Shown: positions 1-11,849 of the stretch, piece after piece
How positions within the stretch are numbered: position 1 is the first letter of the stretch
How the letters are laid out: every line of letters starts with the position of its first letter
Origin: Syncephalis fuscata S228
Taxonomy: Eukaryota; Fungi; Zoopagomycota
Direction: 5' to 3'
Length of the DNA: 64,000 nt
NCBI GenBank assembly: GCA_025786725.1
Contig: JAHLTZ010000052.1
Span: 1-64,000, forward strand
Position numbers and translations under genes: made by a program
Notes under the pieces: generated by a model
What the model saw: only the letters and a program-made list of their open reading frames with translations
The model's database searches: none
What the model was told of the DNA's origin: nothing

Positions 1-739
1 TTTGGCCAAGTTTATTATTGCTTTTAACTGTGTCGAATAGAGTAGCCAGCACTGTCTACGGCTACATGGTAAATATACGTACACTTTGTCCTTATGCTCA
101 AGTAGCTATAGCGCAATACATGATTACTCTGCAATAAGCTATACGACACTTTTAAAGCACGTATACATAACACCCATAGCGAATATCTATTTTGTAATAA
201 CAAGCTTTATTTGGTATAATAGCTTATACCAGTTCATCGCTGGCCCGTTCGATACCATTGCAACATATCAGCACTGGAAAACAGCAAAAAGAGCACTAGC
301 AGTGTAAGAAGGCTATTCTACTTGCGCGTTTGTGTGCAAAGAGTAAAAGAAGTGCTCAGAGCTAAACTTTGCAACAAACAGCTAACAAGAAACGTATAGC
401 TTCTGCAAATAAAGCATAGCCATTAAGCATACAATAATATGGAGCAAATAAAATACCAAAAGTAATTGTGTGAATAGCAGCATTAAAGCTATAGTGCGCC
501 TTGGAAAGGAATGACTAAGCGGAACGAGTCAAACTTGTCAATATTAAAGCTGGCGTCAAGCTGGCAGTAGTTATTGATGGCGCATAGTAACTGTACGGTA
601 AAATAGCATAACAGCTATCAGCTATGCTAGTTAAAAGACAACTAGCTTTGTTAAAGCTATCGAGCATATATGCATGAGCAGATAAGCAACTTGTGTGAAC
701 TTTTCTAATAATGGTGCTAGAACCAAACAGACAACGGTA

Positions 740-1345
740 ATAGCTAGCGCGTATTTACTGGATAATAAAACGAATATACAAAGTAAAAAGTATGGACAGC
801 AGTGGTATAGCTACTGAGCATATATGCATAATCAATGAGCGACATTAGTCGACAGTTGTTAATAATAACGCTAGAACAAAAATAAAACCAGTTTTGGATT
901 GAGCATAGATGGGCGAGTGTAAAATGACATATAAACGATGTCAAACTATAGCGCATATAACGCAAGGAGAGAATGAGTAGAGTGTGCTGGTGTACTTAAT
1001 GAACAGAATGTGTCCAGTATGTCGTAGAATGATACATAGAAGTGCGGAATAAAAGGGAGTGGTGTAGGTAGATAGAGATATATGCATACTGGATAATAAA
1101 TCTATAATGACAAGTGTTTTAAACTTTGATGTCGCTCACCATCCAGCTCCATGTTCAATAGGTTGAATGTTTAGTTCAAACGCGTAAATAATCAAAATAG
1201 CCATTTAACCACCAAATCACACCAAATGTGATGATTTGATCGTTAATAAAACTCACCACCCGTCCCCATGTTCAATAGAACAAATGTGCAGGCCAGTTGC
1301 GCGAATATCAAAAGTAGCCATTTGACACAAATCACATTAAATGGT
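740..1345 (-). repeat. Family A repeat: double-unit core (1075-1345) plus internal extension
   Basis: Reverse complement aligns with 4570-5200 and 42300-42850, e.g. TATTGAACATGG..TGGTGAG, TAGATTTATTATCCAGTATGCATAT and GTCGACTAATGTCGCTCATT. Confidence 0.9.
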
Positions 1346-1514
1346 TAATAATTGTAATAAACAGTTATTAATAATAAAAATAACTATAATAAAGCTATAA
1401 CGCACTGAGCGGACTGAGTGAAGCTGATTGAAATGCATAATAAATATAAGTGTTCAACCTGTCATTGACTAAGAGTAAGATATAAAGATACATCTTAATG
1501 ATATTGTTGGATTA

Positions 1515-1600
1515 AAAATATATGCATACTGGGTAATAAATCTATGATGATGGTATTTTGGACCCTGACGCCAGGTACTTTAATTTTATGTTCACTAAAA
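1515..1600 (-). repeat. Family A repeat, partial copy
   Basis: ATGCATACTGGGTAATAAATCTATGATGATGGTATTTT is the reverse complement of the conserved family A block. Confidence 0.8.
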
Positions 1601-1643
1601 GGAATGAAAAGAGAGTGGAGTCAAAAGTGGTGGAAGTGAGTCG

Positions 1644-3693
1644 AACGGCTCAGCGGCTTAAATGTTCAACGGTTCAAATGTTCAACGGCTCAAATGTTCA
1701 ACGGTTCAAATGTTCAACGGCTCAAGTGTTCAACGGCTCAAATGTTCAACGACTTAAATGTTCAACGGCTTAAATGTTCAACGGCTCAAATGTTCAACGG
1801 CTCAAATGTTCAACGGCTCAAATGTTCAACGGCTTAAATGTTCAACGGCTTAAATGTTCAACGGCTTAAATGTTCAACGGCTCAAATGTTCAACGGTTCA
1901 AATGTTCAACGGCTCAAGTGTTCAACGGCTCAAATGTTCAACGACTTAAATGTTCAACGGCTCAAATGTTCAACGGCTCAAATGTTCAACGGCTCAAATG
2001 TTCAACGGCTTAAATGTTCAACGGCTTAAATGTTCAACGGCTCAAATGTTCAACGGTTCAAATGTTCAACGGCTCAAATGTTCAACGGTTCAAATGTTCA
2101 ACGGCTCAAATGTTCAACGGCTCAAATGTTCAACGGCTTAAATGTTCAACGGTTTAAATGTTCAACGGTTTAAATGTTCAACGGCTCAAATGTTCAACGG
2201 TTCAAATGTTCAACGGTTTAAATGTTCAACGGTTCAAATGTTCAACGGCTCAAATGTTCAACGGTTCAAATGTTCAACAGCTCAAATGTTCAACGGCTCA
2301 AATGTTCAACGGTTTAAATGTTCAACGGTTTAAATGTTCAACGGTTCAAATGTTCAACGGCTCAAATGTTCAACGGTTCAAATGTTCAACGGCTCAAATG
2401 TTCAACGGTTTAAATGTTCAACGGCTCAAATGTTCAACGGCTCAAATGTTCAACGGCTCAAATGTTCAACGGCTTAAATGTTCAACGGCTTAAATGTTCA
2501 ACGGCTTAAATGTTCAACGGCTCAAATGTTCAACGGTTCAAATGTTCAACGGCTCAAGTGTTCAACGGCTCAAATGTTCAACGACTTAAATGTTCAACGG
2601 CTCAAATGTTCAACGGCTCAAATGTTCAACGGCTCAAATGTTCAACGGCTTAAATGTTCAACGGCTTAAATGTTCAACGGCTCAAATGTTCAACGGTTCA
2701 AATGTTCAACGGCTCAAATGTTCAACGGTTCAAATGTTCAACGGCTCAAATGTTCAACGGCTTAAATGTTCAACGGTTTAAATGTTCAACGGTTTAAATG
2801 TTCAACGGCTCAAATGTTCAACGGTTCAAATGTTCAACGGTTTAAATGTTCAACGGTTCAAATGTTCAACGGCTCAAATGTTCAACGGCTCAAATGTTCA
2901 ACGGCTCAAATGTTCAACGGCTCAAATGTTCAACGGTTTAAATGTTCAACGGTTTAAATGTTCAACGGTTCAAATGTTCAACGGCTCAAATGTTCAACGG
3001 TTCAAATGTTCAACGGCTCAAATGTTCAACGGTTTAAATGTTCAACGGTTTAAATGTTCAACGGTTTAAATGTTCAACGGCTCAAATGTTCAACGGCTCA
3101 AATGTTCAACGGTTTAAATGTTCAACGGCTCAAATGTTCAACGGTTCAAATGTTCAACGGCTCAAATGTTCAACGGCTCAAATGTTCAACGGCTCAAATG
3201 TTCAACGGCTCAAATGTTCAACGGCTCAAATGTTCAACGGCTCAAATGTTCAACGGCTCAAATGTTCAACGGCTCAAATGTTCAACGGCTCAAATGTTCA
3301 ACGGTTTAAATGTTCAACGGTTCAAATGTTCAACGGTTTAAATGTTCAACGGTTTAAATGTTCAACGGCTCAAATGTTCAACGGCTCAAATGTTCAACGG
3401 TTTAAATGTTCAACGGCTCAAATGTTCAACGGCTCAAATGTTCAACGGCTCAAATGTTCAACGGTTTAAATGTTCAACGGTTCAAATGTTCAACGGTTCA
3501 AATGTTCAACGGCTCAAATGTTCAACGGTTCAAATGTTCAACGGCTCAAATGTTCAACGGCTCAAATGTTCAACGGCTCAAATGTTCAACGGCTCAAATG
3601 TTCAACGGTTTAAATGTTCAACGGTTCAAATGTTCAACGGTTTAAATGTTCAACGGTTTAAATGTTCAACGGTTTAAATGTTCAACGGCTCAA
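1644..3693. repeat. Tandem satellite, 16-bp unit AAATGTTCAACGGYTY, about 127 copies
   Basis: Directly visible; variation is almost confined to two C/T positions; rare variants recur at 192-bp and 640-bp offsets. Confidence 0.99.
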
Positions 3694-3879
3694 CAGTCCA
3701 CTCGATGCGTTTTATACACTACGATCTTAACAATGCTGTTTACACTATTCTCATTGCGTATTCATTTTAAAAGACATCACTTTATGTTTACTTAGCTTTG
3801 CTTCATTCAGAACTGTTGTCCTTTTTTCTAGCTTTATTTTTACAAACCTCAGCTGTTTTCGCTCGTTCATTAAGGCTCT

Positions 3880-4400
3880 TTACACCGAATAACTACGCCG
3901 CTGGCATTCATACTTTTTGCTTTGTATATTCGTTCTATTTTATTTTGTTTCATCAAATAATAAATGCGCTTTATTTAACATTTATATTCATTTAATTCGC
4001 TTTGTTAGTTACAACTTTGATATACTTCGCTTAGTCCGCTCATGATTTATTTACAATGCAGCTTCTACTTCATTGTTCGTTTGCTTAATTGCATACCACT
4101 TTTATTTAATAAGCACGTACTACTCATTGTAGTCTTCTACTTGCTAATGGCTTCATTTGTTGTTAAGTCTGCCAACTGCCACTTCTTTCTCTCTACTTTT
4201 ATTCAATATGCTCAGTGTGGCCTCCACTCTATACTGCCAAATACTTGTAAATAACAACTTACTATTTTATATTAGCCACATATTTTGTTTTATCAAATAA
4301 TGGCGTTTGTTAGCCTACTTAAATCTACTGTTACTATGCCATCTGCTATGTTTGCTGTAGTGCTTTGATATGCGCGTGTATATATACTTACGTAAAGAAC
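3880..4400 (+). repeat. Diverged copy of the family A internal extension
   Basis: TCATACTTTTTGCTTTGTATATTCG matches ~5140, and 4105-4260 resembles 5360-5515. Confidence 0.6.
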
Positions 4401-4544
4401 AACTATGTATTTGATTATTCCTTACTATCAGTAAAGATCTTCCAACGCTTTCTAACTAATATTCTACACATTCATATGCGTATATAATTGTCGTTGTGTT
4501 TTTATAACAATAATTATTTATTTAGCTGTCTTATTAAAGCTATT

Positions 4545-5600
4545 GCATTAATATTAAACAGTTTATTAGCCACTTAGTGTAACTTGGGAGACAAATGACT
4601 TTTTAATAATATTCGCGTAATTGGACTACACATCTATTCTATTGAACATGGGACAAGTGGTGAGTTTTATTTAATCATCACATCATCACATTTGTTGTTT
4701 GCTTGGTGGTCAAATGACTATTTTTAATAACATCCAGCCTATTGAACATGATGATGGGCGGTGAGTGACGTCTATCATCAAAATACTCATCATTATAGAT
4801 TCATTATCCAGTATGCATATATCCTCTATTCACGTATACCATTCTTTTATATCCCACACCTCTATATACCATTTTATAACATACTAGGTACATTCTATCA
4901 TCTGTTTGTCCCAATACACTTTTCTCTCTCCATTCATTGCGCTATATACACTATAGCTTTGATGTCGTTTTACATGCTTTCTTACCGTACATTTATCATT
5001 CTATACATCACTCTATACTCGTATAGCCTTGCTCTATCCAAAAATATGTTTATTTCTGTTCTAGCTTTATTATTTATAAATGTCGACTAATGTCGCTCAT
5101 TCACTCATGCATATATGCTTAGTAGCTATACCACTGCTATTCATACTTTTTACTTTATATATTCGTTTCATTCTGTATCGTTCTGTCATATGATAGCCAT
5201 GCGCTACTCAAAACTGCTGTTTATTTGGCGCTAGGTCTATTGGTTGTAAAGCTCAGCTCATTCCTTTCTTATCTCTCATTGGTCCATATACACTGCAGCA
5301 GTTACTTTCCTGTCTATACACTTTAGCGTGTCTACTCGTCTTATTGCGTAGTGCTTTGTTTTCTAATAAACGTGCGCAGTTTGTTACAGTGGTTCACTTG
5401 TTAGTAGCTTTATTTGTTGTAAGATCTGCCGCTTGTCGTTCATGTCTACTTTCATTCAGTCTATTCAGCATGGCCTTCTTCTATGCTGTTGAATATTCGT
5501 AAATAGCAAGCTACAGTTGTTGCAGCGGCTACATAGCCTTTTGTGGTATATAAGCACGCTTGTTAATTGGGTCGAGATTTTTATTACGCCGTCAGCTATT
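4545..5600 (+). repeat. Family A repeat: double-unit core (4570-4830) plus internal extension
   Basis: TAATTGGACTACACATCTATTCTATTGAACATGGG...AAAATACTCATCATTATAGATTCATTATCCAGTATGCATAT; collinear with 42300-42950. Confidence 0.9.
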
Positions 5601-5699
5601 GCTACACGCCGCTACAAATCATTAAACTGTATTGTATATTGTATATTCTGGTAAATCCGTGTTTTGTTTATTTTGAAGTTACAAGGATTATTCAATCGA

Positions 5700-6900
5700 C
5701 AGCTTTTGTTGGTGGTTAATTTGGACTGTCAGCTTATTTATGGCGTAATATGCCAATAACGGCTAGATCAGCGACCACTTCTATACAATACGCGGCACTG
5801 CTCAATTAAATTTGTATACAAGCACTGAAAATTGGATTTATGACTGGAGGATGTTGAATTTGATTCAGCGCTATTAAGTACAGCGGACCGGTGTAACAGC
5901 TTTGCTTTAGCAATGTCGGTTGATATTAGTTCAAATATGCGGTGACAGCATTATTGAAAAGCTGTATTGCTTCTGCGAAAAATGAAGCCATAATATTAAT
6001 GGATATACATTAGACAACCAATCTATTGCGCAAAGCTTTGTTCCAAGTGGATGCAGTAACATCCACTGATTCAGAAATACGTGCATTTGTTAATGTAATG
6101 ATATAGAATAGACAATTAATCAGAATTAAAGTACATTGAATACTAGATATTCCGTATACATCCATTGACGACTGATGCTATTAAGATCGAGGATACACGT
6201 GAGAAATGCTAACTACCTTGTAGCTACTATTTATTTTGTTTCCGTTCATCTTATACTAATACACAGAGTGGTAATTATTTAGAACCATTGTCAGTATTTA
6301 TGACATTGATGCGTAAAGGTATCATTTCATTTCAGCATTGATTAACGTAACATGCACACAGCGTATTACGTTGTATCCAGTAGCTGATCAATTATGTTGC
6401 TGTTCTACTTAATGTAATTGATCATGTAATTGTCGACGATATATCTGATGGATTTGCACTGCTTATTGGCAATCTACAACTGGGAATCGGTGGTATTGGT
6501 GAGCTGTTGTTGATTCATAATTAAACAGAACAAAGTAATATGTTCCGTTGAATTAAGCATATTCAAAAGAAGATAACAAGATTAATATAGCTTCTTAATA
6601 TTAAAGCCAATGTGATGGTGAATTAATTAAATAATGCAATAAATAAGTTGACAGTGAAATTAGACCACACCTTGGCAATAATCAAGACACGTATGAGTAT
6701 ATTTAGCATATGGTATGATAGTGATACTTTGACATAGATTATTTGATTAATGTATTACAGACTATAGAGCATTACGAAAAGACTATTGTGCATGTGCACA
6801 GCAACTATTTTGGTACAGATTAATATTGAGCTAATACAGCTATTTAAAGTTTCCAACGATGTTATGACGAAGTTAATAGTTTTGACACTGGAATAGTGCC
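5700..6900 (+). pseudogene. Degenerate spliced gene relic, product unknown
   Basis: Coding-like patches (TTNLLRKALFQVDAVTSTDSEIRAFVN; VAVLLNVIDHVIVDDISDGFALLIGNLQLGIGGI) end at GT donor-like sites and are interrupted by stops. Confidence 0.3.
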
Positions 6901-8349
6901 AATGAACGTTATTACAGAGCGCTATATAATGAATATGTATTAATTATAATATATAAACAGCTACATTACCAGTATGGATAATTGTATAATATGTATAAAC
7001 ATTAATAACCAATTAAGCAGGTGTCAATGGCTGGTAGTGAATATGAAAACATTAAATTACTGTTGTCATCAACGTATAGACAGTTATATTAGTTAGCTGA
7101 CAATGACAACATTGTAATATTGCTCATGATTACTATAAAATTAGCATTATTCTATTGACAAAATCATATTGTTAATATCTATTTAAAATAGAAGAAGTTA
7201 ATAGCAAGTGTTATTGGCATATAGCTAACCAAACGCTATTAATCCATGTTGTTTACCAACTAGCCGGTTGAATACTATCTACTAATACCCGCTAATTAGC
7301 TATATCAACTGATTAAAAATAACCAGTATGATATTGTATCAATGCTTTGTTAAGCAAATATGCTAGTAATTGCGCGTCAACATTAATAAATTATGGATAT
7401 TTGATTATTTCGATAGCCAGCATTATATTAACTGACCATATAGTAATCAAATAAGACACAGTATCGATAACAGCCGGCTATAGGTTAATAGACATATAAC
7501 ATGGGTATCAGTTAATTATATGGTTACATTAGTACTATCTGCTATTGTGTATTACTGGTTGCTGGTCGACAGTTAGTGTTGAATATACTGCGTGAATCAT
7601 TGGCATGATATAGCTACTGATACTAACAGTTAGCAATTGCTATTATACAACTTAATACCATCATAAACTAATGCTATATATTGCAGTGCAACAACTAGGA
7701 ATTGGCAAAAAGTCGCTATTTGTATTGCCAACGGCAATGGTGAGCTGTGTTTAATAAAATGCCACAATTGAAATTATTGTTCAAGATTACCAATCGTCAA
7801 TATAAACACGTATACTAATACTGGCTATTGAGAATTGTTATACCAGTTTTTACTGGTTAATTGGTGACACAGGTAGTAAAGCTAGTATTGGTACTTGCCA
7901 ATTTGAAACATATCTACAAATAACATGAACAGTTAACGTCTGCTTGTTTAGTAAGTGGCAGCATAATATGCACTGTTACTAGCTGATGACTATGCATAAA
8001 ATTTGATTTTGTATACCAGCAACAGTATGGTGTGCGCACCAATGGACAATAATATACCAATGGCTGTTATTGTTATACACACCATTACATAATTGTATAC
8101 GGTATGTAGCCAAAATCATCATTGCCTGTATAACACATTTATAGCCATTAACATTGTCAGTACTATTACTGATGACTGATAGCATCTGTATAGCTGCCAG
8201 CGGCAATGCCACATAACATGATCTACCAACAATGCAGGCTACACTTAATACACGTCACCACCAATGCTAATAAAACAACCAATATACATGATTATTATAC
8301 CGTTCATAGCACGTGTGGCCAACGGTGTACCATTGCGTGCTATTGTGCT

Positions 8350-8770
8350 ATGATACACATACTGTAGCTATATGCAATACCAATCATTAATATATTTATT
8401 AATTATATTATGTCACCGACTTTATTAGTTGGTCAACATAATTAGCAAATCGACAACAATTATTAACGGCCAGTTATGGCTGCATAAATGAATACTGTCA
8501 AGTTACAATTGATTGGCTATTAAGCAATCGATACATTTTTTAATTAGTATTTGTGTGGGCTTTTATTGTCAAAATAACAAAAAAAGGACTATTATAGCTT
8601 TTATTAATAATTTTATCAAATTTTGATTATATCAATAATACAGCTAGAAATACGTAATAGCATCTACTATAACCGCATGGCCTTGACGCATTGGCGCATA
8701 TAAATGACTTATGTTGGAAAAATCGTGAAAAGGCACTCAAATAGAAATGGCAACATTATCATTAAAATAT
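8350..8770 (+). repeat. Family B dispersed repeat
   Basis: Aligns with 29830-30230 (GCCAGTTATGG..GCATAAAT, TTAGTATTTGTGTG, ACCGCAT..GCATATAAAT) and with the reverse complement of 30235-30600. Confidence 0.8.
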
Positions 8771-9439
8771 TAATAATATTTAATATATATTGGCCGTCGG
8801 CACGTATTTTGATTACAATCAACCATAATGACGCTACTATTTATTTTGTAATTATAGCAATTAGTTTTATTGCTGGTGTTGCATGCGTACTAACATACGT
8901 TTCAACAGCTGTATGCTGATTTATGTTGCTTAAATATACTGCTTATTAATACAGCAGCCAATATGTGCATCTTGCTGGCGTGTATTGACATTGATCGCCT
9001 TTGATGTCAGTTAAATATTATCACCAACATTGCAACTATAACGAGCGGTGATTGCCGTATTTATACTTACTAATAGACATTGCCATTGCTGTTGCTTTCT
9101 TGTATCGTTGAATGTGTATGTATATGGATATCAACTATTTGACATGATGTTTATACCGTGATGCTGATTCCCATTGTAATTCCATGCCTAACCTGATTAT
9201 AATTATTAGCAAATACAGCTATTTTTTACAAACGTTTTAACATTTAGCCTACCTTAAATACGTTACAAAATTAACATTAGTATAATATCTAGTAGCTTTG
9301 TTATGCCATTCAATTATTTGAACTGTACTATACTGCTAGCATACTAAAATTAGCTACAGTTTATATAGTTACACCTACACTAGTTATTTTAATAATAACA
9401 ATAATAATTTGTTTGATTGTTTTAATTGTGTTAAGGCTA

Positions 9440-9640
9440 GTATAATAATATTAAATAGTTTATTAGCAATATAGTGTGATGTGAAAGTTAAATGCTTAAA
9501 GCTATTGATACTTGGACAATTGAACTACGTGTTTATTTTATTGAGCATGGAACTGTGTGGTGGATGGCATCAGTCATTAAAATACTCATCATCATAGATT
9601 TAGTAGCTAGTATGCATATGCCTTTCTATCCACCCATATC
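9440..9640 (+). repeat. Family A repeat, single unit
   Basis: CAATTGAACTACGTGTTTATTTTATTGAGCATGGAACT...AAAATACTCATCATCATAGATTT..AGTATGCATAT. Confidence 0.88.
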
Positions 9641-10084
9641 ATTGCTATTCTGTATTTATTAGGTCATATATTGCTTGATCATATAATGAGCACAACCTAT
9701 TTACAGCAGGTATTTTATTGTCACTAGCTTTATTTGCTATAGTTTCAATTCATCGTACTTACTTAATCGTCTATGTATATCTTCACTATTATTTTAGCAA
9801 TTCATTCCGTTCTAAACTGTTCTATACTCTACTCATTATGTCTTATTGATAAAACTCGTTTATCTGTTACTAGTCGTATTATCTGTAGATTTTGACATAA
9901 TTGCTTGTGCAATACGCATACTATACCTTTATTACTAGTATTTTACACTTTATTTGACCATTCATTTGGATGTATATTATTCCATAGTATAACACGGTAA
10001 GAAAAGACGGCTTGTGATCTTTTTAAAGGTTAGTATTATTTGAAAACAAAACACAGTGCATGAATTCAAACAGCAACACTAACA

Positions 10085-11080
10085 CTACATACCTAAATAT
10101 CTATGTAAGAATAACAGTTGATTAAATAGTAAGCAGTTTGAAGTAAAAATAAGCAAATATTTATTACATAGCAGTGCCAGTTGTCTTACCATAGTAAACA
10201 GCCGATTATAAGAGCGTACATAGCTATTTGTGCTATACCGTCTTTGTCCGCACAATAACACATGGTTCAATAAAACATAACAATGCTTACCTGTAACTTC
10301 AAAGAAACGGTAAATGCTTCAGATGTAGACTGATAGAACATAGCTAGAAACTGACAAACAGCAAACCGTCACAAACATTGACACCAGTTACAGTACCGGC
10401 TCACGACAATTAGTGCAATAATTAGAATGTAAATAAAGCACCGTACAAGCACCGCTGGCTACATACTAAGCAGTATGCTATGGAAGATGCTGGCAATTAA
10501 ACGACAGCATATACACCAATGTCCGCTCATAGATTACAGAGCCTGTAGCCGTTAGTGATAATGATCAAATAGCAACATTTGCTTAAATATACTACAGTCC
10601 ACAAAGTTAACGTGTTAGATCTTGCATTAGTTGTTGCATTTGAAAACGCCAATGTTTAGAAAGAAATAGTGTTGAGCGAAAATGTTCAGGTAATGGAATC
10701 AAACAAAGAAGGTACTTGGTAGAGAAGTAACAGCGCATATAGCCATCACAGTCCTCGTATTGATAGCTGTGCACATACAGTAATAGCAACAGTAGCAACC
10801 CGCGCTGGTACTGGCGCTGAAGACTTACTTAGCGACTATACTAGCAGTTTGATCTACTAATATTGGTGGTGTATGCATACAGCAGCTGTACCTGAAGACT
10901 GTGCTGGCTATATGCCGCCAGAATCACTGTATACGCTGTTTTTTCTAGAGAATGCCACCACAGATCGTACTGACAGCAGCTTGTACCGGCTCGACAGTAG
11001 TAGATCACACTGCCACTGTTGAAATAGTAAAGCTGTTGCCAGATGACTTGTAGTGGCAATCTATAGCAAAACATAGCATA
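10085..11080 (-). pseudogene. Possible decayed paralogue of orphan gene X (44926-45700)
   Basis: Weak collinear peptide similarity: LPLQVIWQQLYY vs MPLPVVQKRLFS; APVPARVATVAI vs APAQPTKAAVAI; NRLFTMVRQ..LLFNQL vs NKQLTAVHR..YLFNGL. Many stops. Confidence 0.35.
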
Positions 11081-11430
11081 TGCTTAACACAACATAAAAA
11101 CAAGCCAGAAATGTGCTTTACTGTGCTAATAAAGGTGCTAACGTTAATGACCAAAGTGAAAAAGCTGTTTTGCAAAAAAAGGGTTTAGATTACAAAAGAG
11201 TAATGCAAGAGAATAATGTAAATAGTGTTTGTACTTGACTAGTAGTCAGGCAACTACTAACACTATCTAGTTAGCATATATGGAGTGTACAAGTATATGC
11301 AATGGGTATATGTTGTCAAGTGTAAAGAAAGAGAAAGGAAAATGTGATGACGTAGATTGTGAGCTGTGAGCCTGTCAGTCAATATTTATAAACAGCCGAG
11401 TTTAATTCATTAATAAATGGAGTGTAAATA

Positions 11431-11680
11431 ATAAAAGTCAATCTACCCAACATGTCGGTACATCATAGAACAGATTAATAGTAAATGAAGAATAAAAGTC
11501 ATTTTACCACCAAAACTACTCGTTATTATAGAACATATATTCAGTATATTAAAAGATCAATTAAAAAAATAAAAATCATTTACACCCAAAAAACACTCAT
11601 CATCATAGAACATGTTGTCAGTATAACAGCGAATGTATTAAAAGAATAAAGTCATTTGACACCAAAATCATTAAAACATA
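11431..11680. repeat. Degenerate ~60-77 bp tandem repeat (3.5 units) made of family A pieces
   Basis: Units start AATAAAAGTCATT..ACC.AAA (reverse complement of the family A left arm) and contain ACTCATCATCATAGA (forward family A block). Confidence 0.7.
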
Positions 11681-11849
11681 TCAATTTTATTGCATTATAA
11701 AAATGAAACGATGATTTATATACTAAATAAAATATTTACAATATTTATTGGTAACATACAGGTAATGAATAGATGATGTAAAGCAACTAAGTATATTAGA
11801 TAGTTAGCATTATGATTTGCTTGACTGTTAATGAGTTCTTACCTTTTAA

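Noticed and set aside
1558-3677. Many overlapping ORFs of MFNGSNVQRLKCSTAQ repeats
   Set aside because: Translation artefacts of a 16-bp unit cycling through three frames; stops arise wherever a TAA variant falls in frame.
1644-3693. CRISPR array or telomere
   Set aside because: There are no unique spacers and the context is eukaryotic. The array is internal with complex DNA on both sides and lacks a G-rich strand; a telomeric origin cannot be fully excluded without contig-end data.
4761-5090. Hydrophobic ORFs in repeats (744-965, 4761-5090, 35485-35691, 42538-42744, 55748-55963) as a membrane protein family
   Set aside because: They lie in the family A extension, are Tyr/Ile/Phe-rich as expected of AT-rich DNA, and frames are not preserved between diverged copies.
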